A stretch of 56,000 nucleotides of DNA. Origin: Crassostrea angulata (taxonomy: Eukaryota). Below the pieces are notes generated by a model. That model was not told the origin of the DNA and did no database searches. It saw only the letters and a list, made by a program, of their open reading frames with translations. Positions 12,399-25,689 of this stretch are shown one piece after another; positions within the stretch are counted from its first letter, which is position 1; each line of letters begins with the position of its first letter. Location of the stretch: positions 8,239,492-8,295,491 of the forward strand of contig NC_069115.1 in assembly GCF_025612915.1 (NCBI RefSeq). The letters run 5' to 3'. The position numbers were made by a program, and so were the translations under genes.

Positions 12399-13448
12399 CC
12401 CTGATGAAATAAAGTAAATGGGGTTTTTTCAGAATAAGAAATACTCTAATTCTTTAATACGTATGTTTTGTCGAATAAAAGAAAAAAAATGTCATTGGTT
12501 CTAACAAGATGACTAAACTAATCGATATCTAAGTGTGTCAAGGTATTGTATGTAAAAATCATGTACGATACAAAGGTTTAAAGTCGTAATATGTAATTTA
12601 TTGTTCAATGGCCTGCAATTTTGCCAGTGTGATGTTTACCTTTAAACGAATTTTAACTCGTCACACCTGATTTCGCGTCATCTCACTATGTACAAAAACC
12701 CTAATATATTGACATAATTATGATGCTTAAGCAAGCAAAATGCATGCATACCGTATTTTTTAAAGGTACAAATCATATACATATATATTCTATTAACATG
12801 CATGTTTTTCTTAATGATTAAATTAAGTTCAATTGAAAACAAAAATTAAGTATATGCAAATTCTACTAAAACAAACCGCTTGAAGTTATTTATTTTTAAA
12901 AAGCATTTTTATACGCTAAACTATCTGTGACAATTTCATTTATCTTTAAAAAGAAACTTTTCATCAGCAGGTTAATAATTTTACTTTGCAATGCCGCCAA
13001 CCCAATTAAACAAAAACAAAGATCAATAAATTCTTATTTTTTTTCTACATCTTTTTTTTAAAACACATACCGCTTTTATCTGTAACTAACATTGATTAAC
13101 AGGGAATGAGTAATTCCAAGTCCAACGTCTATTATTAGCATCGATCAGTGCATAATAGATATATTGAATTATAACAATAACGTTTTATCTATATCATTAT
13201 GTGTTGATTTACCGATGTTGAAGCTAGTGACGAAGCCAAAGTAGAAAACAAAACCACGTCTGACGTCTTGTGTTTTATCTTATAAAATGGGCGCCGGACA
13301 CTTATTAAAAATAAAACTGATGTGTAAATCATTGCATCATTTAATTTAAAGTTCTTTTTTTCTAAAGTTTCCTAAAATTGAATACAATTAGGTTAATCTA
13401 TCTCTTTGTACTAGGGTGCGACTCATAAGTGTTAGATGACTATCCCAC

Positions 13449-13450
<2 letters not shown>

Positions 13451-13488
<38 letters not shown>
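13451..13488. repeat. (GA)n microsatellite
   Basis: read directly. Confidence 0.9.
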
Positions 13489-13491
<3 letters not shown>

Positions 13492-13854
13492 CCATCATTA
13501 GATTTGTATTTGCCAGAAAACAAGAAACAACTCTATAGAAAAAAAACCTTACCGATATGTGCTCTGTGTCAGATTAGTCCATACTGAAAGTTGGTGCAAT
13601 GTATAGTAGCGTTATATTTCAATTGCGTATCAATAAATACACCATAGCGACGATCATTTATTTGTGTTGCGCAACTTTGTTATTGTTCTTAAAATAAATG
13701 CTGGAATTTCCTCCTCTTTCAGTTGTCTTGCAATAAAGCAGCTGTCTAACCTTAGCACCTATAGTACATAATAGAACTATAGGAAAAAGCGGATTGAACA
13801 AGGGGTTTCCTAAATTAATTAGGCTTAGAGAATGGTCATTATATCTATAGCAAG

Positions 13855-13995
13855 AAACGAAAAAGAAACTAGTTTGTTCCTGTGAATTTTTACGAGTGAA
13901 AAATGATATTATGCCAAAGAAGATACCTTAGATTTTTTTCCTTTCATCGATTTCAATTCCACTTTTTTCACAGGTCTGTGTATTTTGATGATCAT
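13855..13995 (+). repeat. ~140 bp dispersed repeat, copy 1 (second copy at 19133-19260). Ends in 'ttttttcacag|GT'
   Basis: By-eye alignment of '...gttcctgtgaatttttacgagtgaaaaatgata...cgatttcaa...tttcacaggt(c/a)tgtgta...'. Confidence 0.45.
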
Positions 13996-14575
13996 CCAAA
14001 TACCTAGAGACTTAATAGATCGTCACAATCGATCGCAAGGTCAATCATGTGCACTAGATTTGGTCTTTTAAACAAGGAATAATCTGCTTAACCGGGTCAA
14101 AATATTTCATTTAAATTTCGATTTAATGGGACGAATAGACAAAAGAATTTATTTACGATTCATTAGACAAATGCCTAATTTCGGACATTAATTATTTCCA
14201 TTTTTTATCACTAAAGTCAATAACTCGTGTCATGTTAATGTTTTCATATGTTGCTAAATAGAAAATACGTTTTTCAAAACCAATTTAGAAGTTACATCAT
14301 TGAAAACTGCTAATATATAAATGTATAAACTACGCTTGAAAATTTAAAATATAAAAAAAAACATTTAAGCTAGCTGTAACAGTATATACATGTACAATAT
14401 CTGTAAACAAAAACATTATGCAAGCTTTGTTTATTTTACTTGACAATTAAATTTGATCTCTTATTTCGCTTAAAACTTCACAATTTTGGCTGACCTTTAT
14501 AAATACTTGAGAACAACTCGCCTTGTTAAATAGTTTTTTTTGGAAAATTACTATCAAATCAATATTATTTACATA

Positions 14576-15365
14576 CTGGTACTGTACCAGTTATCGGCTA
14601 AGACCAGTTATCGGTTAAACTGAGAGTTCGGGTTTATAGCACGTGACAATCCAAGATTTTTTAATTCAGTCGTCTCTTTCGAATAAAGAAAAGTAAGTTT
14701 GCTTGAAAACTTTCTTGAATATGTTTTTTACATGAGCTTAAACGATCATTGTTTACCGCTGATTTTACATCTTTGCACTTTCAGCAGTGGGGGAAGTGAC
14801 GTAATAAGTTAAAAATAGAATATTACCTCTTTGTGATACGTTAATTATTATATCCCTTCTTTGATTTGACATATAAAATCAATACATTTAACATGTATAA
14901 ACAAAAGGAATTCACGAATTTCCGAGAAATTTGTAGCGCAATTGAACGCCTGATTGCACAATTATGTATTGAATAGTATACGATTTGGTGTATTACCATA
15001 TGATAATAAACGAATTGTTTATAATGTCTCATGACCCCAAACACTTTAGTCTGACCTAGCAAAGGGGCATAATTCAAACTACATTTAGCAGAGTATAAAA
15101 TCAACATGAACACGGATTTTTACTATGTTATCATCACGAAGCCGATAACTGGTACAGTAAATCGTAAAATCTCGGCAAATTCGGGGCGTGCTTAAAAGCA
15201 CAAAACAAGATGTATTGGGTTCTAAATAATGATATAAACTAACAGATTGATAAATATAAGAAGTTCACTTTTTAAAGTATGTCAAGTTTTATCCAAAAAT
15301 ATCAAGAAATAAGGAATTACGAAAAGAAAACGTAAAATTTTAGCCGATAACTGGTACAGTGCCAG
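14576..15365 (+). mobile_element. ~790 bp non-autonomous DNA transposon (MITE-like), copy 1. It has 26-28 bp terminal inverted repeats flanked by TA, consistent with Tc1/mariner-type insertion
   Basis: 5' end TA|CTGGTACTGTACCAGTTATCGGCTAA..., 3' end ...TTAGCCGATAACTGGTACAGTGCCAG|TA. A subterminal direct repeat 'ccagttatcgg' is present. There is no long ORF. A second, inverted copy lies at 39623-40421. Confidence 0.7.
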
Positions 15366-15461
15366 TACCTAATAGATACTAAACATCCGCTAAACAAATT
15401 TACTTAATCTTTAAGAATATACATTTTTATAGTTTTTATAAAGTGGCGTTCGTTGCAGATT

Positions 15462-15570
15462 TATTTACAATCCATATAACATTTCCCAAACTCCTGTTCT
15501 TTAATGTTTCTCTCAGATCAGTGGTAATCTTTAACAATTTCGTGAAATTTAGTAACTGATCTATAAATTG
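15462..15570 (+). repeat. Short dispersed repeat shared with 44527-44640 and 48376-48485
   Basis: 'acatttcccaaactcct(g/t)ttctttaatgtttctctcagatcagtggtaatctttaacaat(t/c)tcgtgaaattta'. Confidence 0.5.
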
Positions 15571-18500
15571 TCAGTACATCTATTTAAACAAATTTAATGA
15601 TTTTCTAAATATAAAGATTTAATTGTTTTAACTTTACGACATATGAAACCATATGTACATGTTATGTAGTAAATTGAGTGCCCTAAGCTTGAATCATATA
15701 TTATGCAATATTATGTAAGGTTGTGAGACCAGGGCCCCGACTACGGTACTACAGGTACTTATTGCTTTGATATAATATATGAACAGAATTTTGCTTTCCT
15801 TTTGATATTGACCCGAGATGGTCTCAATTGTATGTTTACATAACAAAGAATTCTGAGATCTGTATCTCGCTGATATCCCGACATGCAGCTGACACTCAAA
15901 TTTTGGTTTACTATTAATAAAGCCTTACTGGTGCATTTTTACATTAAAATCGGGTAAATAAAAGTTGACCATAACCGTGATCATGTGCCTCTTAAAAGGA
16001 TATTTCAAATAACCTTTTATTTCACATGAGTATAACATCAAAATCCGATTCAACAGAAGCCAATATTACAGTGAATTTAAAACAGAAATATTTGTTATCA
16101 AGCTTTAGTAATTTTTTAGCATATTGCATCGCAGACACCAGCATCGCAAACTTTAAGCTTTAAAGACCAAAAAACTGAAAAAGGATCGAACTCTAGACTA
16201 CCGAACGAGTAAGTCTGTAGTAGTTTCAAACTCCACATATTTGGGGAACTTTTGTGCATGCGATGTTGGTACCGGACATGACTGTATCAGGCTAAAATTC
16301 AAGATGTAATATCACAGCAAAGTTTTTCGGGTTGTGTTGTCGTATCATATTTTTTTACGGTGCAACCTTTTTGGCGAGTGCAGCGCGTAAATAAATCTTT
16401 TGATTTAAACTATTGAAAATTTCATTGTCAAAAATTTAATTTTCTGATAGAACAGTAAAGCCAGTAATTTTAAAATCTGATATATAATTGCGTCCTAAAC
16501 GGGATACAACATATATCGATTGTTTTTATCGGACTCCAGAGTCAATTTTGATAAATACATGACCACTAAAGGAAAAAGAAGTTTTAAAAAAGGACTACAG
16601 GAGGGGAGCTGTCTGTCACGGCACACAGGTACAGTGTACACATGTTGAACAGATTTCCGTCTAGGAAACTTAAATAAATAGAATAATTTACACAAATTTA
16701 ACTGCATGAAATATAGAGGTAAACTTTCAAAACGCTATTAACATTTAAGGTAACATCATGAATGAATGAGAATAAGTATACCACGAATATTTGGGGGATT
16801 TACATGTACTCCTTTTAATTTTCAAAAATATCGATTTTAAGCTTCATTTCATCCGAAGGCTCAAATTTGTTCAGCATAAACTTTTGGCGTCCTCATTTTT
16901 TGCACAACTAGTGAGTCAATTTTAATTAAACTTAGCACGGACCATATTTGGATCAAAATAATTTTTTTAATAGAGGGCCATACCCTGCATGCACATCAAT
17001 GTGACATAAAAAGAAAATAATTAAATATCTTCTTCTCAAACACCATTTGTCAAGAAAAGTTGAAACAAACGTAGAAGCATACTCTTGGAGTTTTTATCTA
17101 ATTATGTTCAATAAATGATCCCCGGGGGTAAGATGAGACTGCGATGCGGGATTGAATTTGACAAATGACTATAAAATATGCGCAGCAATGTTAAGGCGTC
17201 CCGATGCTAAAATACGGCTGGAAAACGATATTATTTAAATCATCGCCAAAATACTTTGACCGGGAGTATTTTTTAAAATCTATGTTACATTTATTGACAC
17301 CGATGTTAAACATTATATTTGATGCATTTTGTGACGTCATATGTTCTTTGTAATCACGTGACGGGCGAATCCTAGTATTGCAAGTTATCTTTTTAAATCG
17401 CATCGGCGCAGGTGATTAATGACATTAAATCAAACATATTTTTAAGAAAAATCCTTTGTTAAGTCATATACTTTGAAGTTCTTGCTCGGGAAAGAAATAG
17501 ATATTTCGTTTATCGAAGATAGTGTTGAAACATTCCAGAAAATCATCAAAATAATGCACATTTTTACTAATCAAAAGCAATTTACAAAAAATTGGGGTTA
17601 ATCCGTAGGTTTCCGTAGCACGATTCACATTGGTACTTATATTCTCTACCAATTTTACGTAAAATATTCTAAAATTATGTTGATCTTTCACCTGCGCCAA
17701 GCTGGTTTTACATGCATTAAAATTCTTCATTCAGTTGTTTACACGAAGCAGGGAGAGTCTCCAAACCACTAGTTTATAAATTGTCTTTAACTTATAACGA
17801 AGCTTTACAACTGCCGATTATTTGATACTGGTTTTTAATATGAATGAATTCTGTACGTCCAGCATTAACGGCAGCATCTATGTAAAGGAAACATGCAGTT
17901 TTATAGTGGTTAAATATAATTCACTTTTAACGTTGAGATACATTACCTGGGAACTATCGACAGGAATGCAGATCGTGACGTCAAAGTTAATTATGACGTC
18001 ATATCGTATGAAGTACAGGCAAGTGACTTTCTACACATCGCTGTAAAATCCATCGGGAAGCCTTAACATGCCCGCGTGACTTTATAAAAAATCCTATTTT
18101 AATTGTATCGTCTTCAAAGTGTACACTATTTGTATGTATTATTAAAATGTATAGCAACCCTTTTGTCGTAACCCGATGAGCTCTGTTTTCTTTTATGTTC
18201 TGAGTATTAAAGGTTTCATAAATACAAACGCTAATATAAGTTTGGGGACTTGCCTTAATTGAATGAATATGTACGGCACAAACTCGGAGATGTTCAATTA
18301 CGTTTCTCCGAAAGAAGGTACGTAAAAAGTGAAATTTGTAGAAGAATACGTGTGTTTGCAACTTGCAAGTGGTTTATCAATTTCATCAATTAAAGTATTT
18401 TATACCTTTTGGCCAGTAAATTAGAAGCACTCTCTGCACGTAATAGAGACTTGGAACTTTCTGGAAGGCACTGAACACTTTTTTTTATTGTATTAGTTAT

Positions 18501-19132
18501 GGTTGAATTTTTTGCATCTATAACCGTGTTTAGAAAATTAGACTTTTATTGTTTTAAAAAATGACGTTGAATTGTACACTTCAAGAGGATTATTACGTTT
18601 TGCAAGCGAGTAACATTAAATGTGACGTGGCGTGCGCAAGTTCTATAGTACTTGAAGTTGTGGGGTTTTTTAGTTTGTTTATTGACAGGTGGCATCTGGC
18701 ACCGGTATTTTCACTGGTTGTACAGGAGCCTTAGAGGTGGACAAAGCAGGCTGGGGTTGCGGTTGTTTTCTCTGTCCACGTCCCAATCTTGAGGCCGCTG
18801 GATTGGAGGCAGTGATGCTTCCTATACTCTGTCCCGAGTTTTTGCTTCCACCACTTTTTGCTTGATATTTCAGTAATAGTAAATACCTTTGTGCTCAAAC
18901 TACGTTCATCCACTAATATAAAAAACGTCCAGATTATGTTTTGAAACGCCCCCTCTACCGCTTCAGGTTTCAATACACATCCCGAAATGGAAAGTCTACG
19001 GAGATTTTGCATTGCAACAGCCATTAATAAGCCCGGATGATAACGTTAAAAAATTGTCCAATGTATTCCGAGTGTATTCCGAATGGAGAAAAGATGTAAA
19101 CATTCCCCATTATAAATCTCCGTAAGGAATCT

Positions 19133-19260
19133 GTTTTCGTTCCTGTGAATTTTTCTGAGTAGAAAGGGATAATTGTTCAATGAAGATATCTTAGATATAT
19201 ATTCCTTTTAACGATTTCAACTGTGTTTCTTTCACAGGTATGTGTAATTTTATTAAAAAT
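19133..19260 (+). repeat. ~140 bp dispersed repeat, copy 2 (see 13855-13995)
   Basis: By-eye similarity. Confidence 0.45.
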
Positions 19261-20306
19261 CCTGAAAAAGCGATGGAAGCAATAACTTGGGACAGACTAT
19301 ACAAAGTTAACTTACGAACTGTGTTAGTACTTGGTAAGGTTAAAGGATTGATGATTCCTGATCGTCGGGAATCGAAATGATCAAACTATTTGCTTGAAGG
19401 CGAAGTCCAAAAAAGGAAGCTTGTTGTTGCACATGATTGTGCAAATTATTAACCAGAAACGACAACTCTAAATTGTACATGTATATGAGACTAATGGAGG
19501 TAATTGAGAGTAGTCTTTCGTGGATCAGCAAGTTATCTATTTTTCTTAATTACTAGGCATCTTATATCAAGTTAAGTATGATTTTTAAACTATGAAGTAT
19601 TTTGAACTAATGATAAAGTTTCCGGACCGTGATAATCCCTAAGTATCCAGATAAGGATCCTCATGCACTCTCTAACCCAGATACTGCAAAGATCTAGTTA
19701 TAAGATAATATTTGCATGACTTACTTGTGTAGCAAACTAAAATTGAAATATAAGGCAAACATTCATCTTATTACTCTTTTGAGAAGTGCAGGTGTTGCAA
19801 AAATGTTCCGTTAATATGCATTACAAATTAGGGTGTCTTTATTCAATAAAGTATATAAACTGTAAATCCTCAAATGCATCAAAGATACATTAAAGAGAAG
19901 TTTTGAGCAGAATGAATTAAATATGTTTTGCCATTTTTCTTTTGCTAACATTAAGGGTAACAAGACCAAATCTCAATTCGCCAAACCCTAAATGTTTGTG
20001 AGTAATTTAAAACACATTTACTTTTCTGCCTAAATGGTATTTTTGTCGTTGTTGTTGTTGAATAATACCGTACTTCATGTACCGCAAAAAGACGACAAGT
20101 GTGCTAGGGAGACAGTTTTTCTTGATTGTCTCCTTCATGAGGAGATACAATTTTATTTGTTAAACGATGACTTCTGAGAAGGATTACGGTAATCACGATA
20201 CCAACTGTGGCGAAAAAGACAATTGCGCAGCTAATTGTGAAAGTGATTTTTACGATTTTTCTCCTCCATATACTACTGCTAAAAGCGTGATGGATGTTTG
20301 GGTAAG

Positions 20307-20310
<4 letters not shown>

Positions 20311-20378
<68 letters not shown>
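20311..20378. repeat. (GA)n microsatellite inside intron 1 of the degenerate EGF gene copy
   Basis: Read directly. The homologous intron of the intact copy has only 'cagagagagac'. Confidence 0.9.
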
Positions 20379-20381
<3 letters not shown>

Positions 20382-20926
20382 ATGGCAATTTTAAATTTTA
20401 TTACGTTTTTACGTCGCAGATTAACTGAATTTAGGCGAGTGTAATGATTTCGGAGAAACCGACCACAACGAGTGCAAAACGTAATGTGTTCATTTAGTAA
20501 GAATATGGAAAATGTGTATGCCCTGCGGAAACCTTCGGGCCACCTTTATGTATCGGTAACATATATTTTCCCTTCTTTTTTTTTCAAAGTACAACACATT
20601 CTGTTCAGGGAAACAATATCCATCAATTGTACTGATTTAGATAATTGTTAATAGAATGTACAATGCAGTTACCGCGGTGACTGTCAGAATGGCGACTGGA
20701 AGTGTTTCCTGGGCATAAAGGAAAATATTGTGAGGGTGATTTTAGAACAAGACTATGGCCGAAATGTAAAATGTCATCATGATTTCTTATCTACAACTTT
20801 ATATCTGATTCGAACAATTTATGGTAAGAAATTGATATATCAGTAGTTATTTTACAACGCTGGTGGAGAAGGTACATCAATTCCTTAAAATCGTTCCGAC
20901 AAATCGACAAACATTGTAGATCCTAA

Positions 20927-20929
<3 letters not shown>

Positions 20930-21017
<88 letters not shown>
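20930..21017. repeat. (TA)n microsatellite just upstream of the terminal exon acceptor
   Basis: Read directly. A (TA)n sits at the equivalent position of the intact copy (38533-38612). Confidence 0.9.
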
Positions 21018-21020
<3 letters not shown>

Positions 21021-21867
21021 ATAATTAGTATTCCTTTTACAGTTATCACTGAATCAAAGAAAACCACAACAGAGAGACCAAGGGATACATTTGGCTCTGT
21101 TGTTGGGAGCTGCGGTACTTCCTCTACCGCTTTTTGTGCCCACCAAATTTGTAAGCACCCTAACATCAGGCTGACACAGTGCAATGTTTTATGAAACCCA
21201 TTGTTCAATGTTATGTTCTTGAAATAGATGAAGAAAACGCTTTGTTATAGTTATTCTGATTATATTGCGTCGAACGTGAAACAATGTAAGTAAAGTGAAA
21301 ATAGAAAATTTTAGTTTAGAATTTAGTTTTAGAATCAGAATTAAAGTATCTCTTTAATTGTCATATAACAAAAAATATTTCAATAAACAAAAACTGTTGT
21401 AAAGGTCCAACCATTACCATAAAGTTTTTGCAATCTACCATTTTTGTCAAATGAAGCTTTACAAAAGCATTTGATATTTGTCCTCTTTGGATAAGAGACG
21501 ATAAACGAGGAACTGTGTTTATTACAAGACAATTGTTGTCTTTTATTGCTGCATTCACATATTTTTACAACACAACACTATCTTAGTATTGGTGTTTTAA
21601 TTACCATAATGAAACATAAAATCACAATAAACAAATCTGACCATCTTAAAAGACATGAATTTCTAGTTTACCACTAGCAAACACATCTAATGGACACCTT
21701 ATATCATTTTACATTCCACATGGACTTCAGATAATTTTAAAATCTTGTGAGAGGTACTTATATATTTTTACAGACTTGTAAATGATGTATGTTGGAACCT
21801 TTTTTTATAAGATAATAAAGCAACCTTACAAACAATTTTTGTTTTACATATCCTAACTTACTATTAT

Positions 21868-22012
21868 ATAAATAGTGCCTGTTTGGGAGGGTAACAGTTG
21901 AAATTGACACCCCGAGAAAACCATTGTCAACCGACGCGAAGCGGAGGTTGACAATGGTTTTCGAGGGGTGTCAATTTCAACTGTTATCCTCCCAAACAGG
22001 CACTATTTATTT
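21868..22012. mobile_element. ~145 bp near-perfect hairpin (foldback MITE-like) insertion that is absent from the paralogous units
   Basis: aatagtgcctgtttgggagggtaacagttgaaattgacaccccgagaaaaccattgtcaacc | loop gacgcgaagcggag | reverse-complement arm. At 46740-46780 and 50690-50730 the flanks are contiguous ('cttactattaatatatataaaagatttcag'). Confidence 0.6.
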
Positions 22013-22589
22013 TGTTATACTGAATGTCTTTTTTAAAATTTTTAAGAAAATTTTACTGCTTTTATATAGGAATAACGTGAATTCTACAGCGAACCGTACG
22101 CGCATAATTTTCGCGCATGTAACATTTTTTAATGTTACCCGTTGCCAAGTGCGTTGCTAACGCTGAGGGTAATAGTAAATATTATTAACTGCGTCTTAAC
22201 CAATCAGATTTCAGTATTTAACATGAAAGTATAACAATAATATATATGAAAGATTTCAGAGAGTATTTTAATTGCCCCTCAAATAGGGTACTTTAGTTTC
22301 TCATATATGTCTTTAAGCTAGCATAAACAATGTAAAACTACTCTTTATTGTAAATGAAGGACGTTTATTTGTGTACAATCACAATTAAAGAAAATTAACT
22401 TTATCTTCTATTGTTAAATATCTATTTTTTTTTTACCTTTTCAAAAAAAAAAGATTCGAAGAACGAATACAACGAATTCTTTTGACACTCGTCATAAATA
22501 ACGCAACTTAATTAATATTTGTCCAAATGTGATTGTTAACAAAACTCTAGGTTTAATGTATACATGGCTTGTAGCCACATAAATAACTT

Positions 22590-23400
22590 AAACGTGCCTA
22601 CCTTACATGTAACTGTCAATTTTGTGATCAATGATATGATTGCATGGCATAATTGACCTACTGTGGGATCATTTATATTCGTGGTGTCAATTTTCGTGGG
22701 TAGTCAAAACGGTGCCGCTTAGTGGGAACCTTATTTCGTTAGTATTAAAAAAAGGCTGGTATATACTTTCAAGGGGGTGTAGTAAATTAGTTGACAATGG
22801 TTACCCACGAAGTTAGTCACTTTAGAACATTAGTGTCCCACGAGTAATGATAATTCTACAGTAATGACTGGATTAGATGTGTTACACTCCACTTAATGTA
22901 TTAGTATTCAGTGTACATAATGTATCCTCTTGTATAACGAATGTAAATTGGGTACCTTATACGATTATGCATGGTGGCTACGATGATAGTAACATGTACG
23001 TACATAATCGAATTTCAAAAAACATGTTAACAATTCGTATTTTTCTCACTATTAATCATTTTTAAAAAATGGGAAAGTGTATTTAAACAATCTAAATATT
23101 AAGTACTTTTGACTATGTGAAGAGGGCGTAGAGTTACACAGTGTCGAAGTACCGCAGTGGACAATGCACTCGCTTTTCACCCCTGCGACCTGCGTTCGAT
23201 CCCCGTGATCGCAGTGATTGTATGTGACAGGGTATGGCGGTCGCCCACTTGGACACGTTGGTTTTTCGGGGTACTCCCGCTTTTTTCCGCATCAATGAAC
23301 CCCGTCGAGCTAAGTTGTCGAACTTGTTTGTAAATCGTTGTAAAATAACTAAATAAATTTCAGTTCATATATTTTTTGTTTATAATGTTTACAGTGCTTT
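22590..23400 (+). repeat. Copy of the tRNA-like-containing low-copy repeat (homologous to 47140-47960 and to 51020-51390 + 52563-52960)
   Basis: Long by-eye collinearity, including 'cataattgacctactgtgggatcatttatattcgtgg'. Confidence 0.7.
23118..23312 (+). mobile_element. tRNA-like sequence, probably a tRNA-derived SINE, full-length copy
   Basis: A-box-like TAGAGTtacacAGTG and B-box GCGTTCGATCCCC. The same sequence recurs at 47656-47860 and 52676-52871 and, lacking the head, at 4138-4262. Confidence 0.5.
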
Positions 23401-25689
23401 AGTAAGACATTTCTAATGGCCATATAAAATTTGAGTGTTAGTTGCCGTGTTATAAGGGAGATTAAGAATTAACAGTTCCTTGTTAGGAACTGTTTAATTA
23501 TGTCCAAAACTAATCAATAGATAGAAAATGTGCTTAAACAAGCTTTTTATCGTATATTTAACCAATAAAAAAATTATAACTAACTGCTAACCTCTCAAAA
23601 ATTCATATTGCAAAATACAAATTCAAAGCAGAGTAACACGGACCTCTAAAAAGTAAGAAATGGGATCAGGTGACTAGGAGGAGTAAGCATCTCCTGCCGA
23701 CTGGTCGCACCCTGCGTGTGTTCATTGTCAAGGTCATGAAAAACCGAAGAAACTTTAGTCAGTCCGGTGTATAAATAATGGTATTATATGCATGAAATAA
23801 AGTAAAGAAAAATATGGACGAGCCTTGATTCAAAACAATTGTGAGCTCTGTTTTGCTTTTAACTCTGAAACTGATGCTTAAATTTTTGTTGATCATTAGA
23901 TATGCCTTACTAAGGCATTGTAATCAATAAAAATAGAAAATAAAATTTGACCAAAATCTTGGCCATGCCCCTTTAATTGCTGGCACCTAAATGCCCAAGC
24001 TTTACATTGAAAAGATCCAAAAAAGTAGCCTACAGTGGAGTTTTTTAAATTTTTTTAATTGGATTTATGGAAAAGAAAAGTAAAATGCTTTGAATATTCA
24101 CCTAAAATGGCAACCGTATGATGGCAATAACTAAACGTATCTGTATGTAAAAGGCTTATTTTACAGTCTGTAGAAATTAAAGGTACAACATTGTAGTCCT
24201 GGCCGGATATAAATTAAGGTTACCAAAAAAAGTAATTAAAAGCTTGCATATACAATGAATGGAACGTGCTATCAAAACTGTGCTTAATTTGGATAACTAG
24301 CCGTCTTGAATTTGGTACTCTAGTGAATATTTCAACAGATAAATCTTCATAAAGAGGCTTGATAATTCATTAAAGTTAGTTTTAATTTCCTATTACAGCT
24401 TGTTACTCAGTTTTCTTGAGAATCAAAACCAAACTACAACAAAGAAAACGAGCTACTCTTTGTTTGAGTTAATGTTATAGTTTGTTTTCAGCAAAAGAAA
24501 ATCATCATTATTATAAACTACTAGTAGGTGAGTTTATAATTAAAAGTGACATATTTTCATGCCAGTCATATTAGGTGTTCGATATACGATGTTTGATATG
24601 CGTTTGAATTCAAGTTGAACTGAAATGCCACAGTCAGGTCAAACATATTTTTACGACATACATTACAACATAACATAGCATTTAAATCTCATACTTTAGC
24701 AATCGATTTTTATGCAATAGCTTACAGTCTCTTAACATGCCTTTAGATTTTTAATCGTCATAGCATACAATAGCAAACCATAGCATAGCATAGAATAAAA
24801 TTATAACTCGGTTTTAATGATTTTAGAACAAATTGTTTACATTGCAGATAACTGGTCAACTTTCATTTTTGTTTTTAATTTTATTTCGAAAATTTTGGAA
24901 CTCAGCTGTATGCAAAGACGTCTTAAATCAAATATCATAGCACGGCATAGCATAGAATAATAAAGCGTATCATAGAATACTATATCATCAAGCCATTATT
25001 GTAATTTTTACATAGGCAGTCATACAAATCTCAAAGCAGTGCAATAAACCTCAAATCATACATGTATCTTTAAAATTTTATATCATAGCATAGCATAAGA
25101 TTGTAAAAGACATGCATAAAATGACTGTATGTTTGATTGAGTTAATTGTAAGGTATTATGAAATTTTACTTATGTAATGTAGATTAATATTTATATATAA
25201 ACGTTAGCTGACTTCAAACATGACCATTGCAAAAATTTTACCACCCCAATAAGGAACTTAATTCATCATTTTCCTACCATTTAAATTAAACAAAGTTTTA
25301 GAAATTTGAATTTTTATATGTGAGAAGTTTTTGTTCAAGGACATTTTTTAAAAGAACAATATTTATAGTCTACAGTATTCTATGTCGCTATTTATATAAT
25401 AGTGATGTGATGTGCATATACTATATCTGGGTTTGATACATAGTACATGAGAATAAAAGCAAATAATCATCGGCAGAGGAAGCGTTTGTTCTTTCACATT
25501 AATCATTGAAATTGATCTTAATTAACAAATTGCTGTACAATTAAAAAAAATCAACGAACCTTTTTGTTCATAATTGACCTTACCGAGAAAGTAAAATTGT
25601 TTGGCAGAGAAAATCTCATTGAACTTTTTCTTGTACATTTTTATCAAGCGTCATTAAAAGCATTTTTATATACAATGTTCTTTAAATGC

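Larger units (their letters stand above)
20167..21175 (+). pseudogene. Degenerate copy of the EGF-like/TM gene. Exon 1 has lost four of the six EGF cysteines. Exon 2 is frameshifted with stop codons. Exon 3 has lost cysteines C4-C6. The terminal TM exon ORF is still intact
   Basis: Exon 1 reads MTSEKDYGNHDTNCGEKDNCAANCESDFYDFSPPYTTAKSVMDVW|gtaagt. The terminal exon reads ...LALLLGAAVLPLPLFVPTKFVSTLTSG*. This was compared with the intact copy at 38370-39406. Confidence 0.6.
19340..21600 (+). repeat. EGF-gene repeat unit, copy on the plus strand, containing a degenerate gene copy
   Basis: Collinear with 44620-46600 and 48470-50460, and with the reverse complement of 38300-40990. Confidence 0.75.

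Noticed and set aside
17330-18010. Pairs of TGACGTCA (CRE-like) palindromes and repeated 'gacgtcatat'
   Set aside because: Too short and too frequent by chance in AT-rich sequence to call regulatory without expression or conservation data.
18731-19024. 97-aa minus-strand ORF and nearby short ORFs at 17191-18361
   Set aside because: No splice-site support, no paralogs, and low-complexity or AT-rich composition. These are most likely chance ORFs in intergenic sequence.
20104-20388. 94-aa minus-strand ORF with (SL)n, and the read-through end of plus-strand ORF 20167-20382 with (RE)n
   Set aside because: Both are translations of the intronic (GA)n microsatellite. The real coding exon ends at the GTAAGT donor at ~20302.
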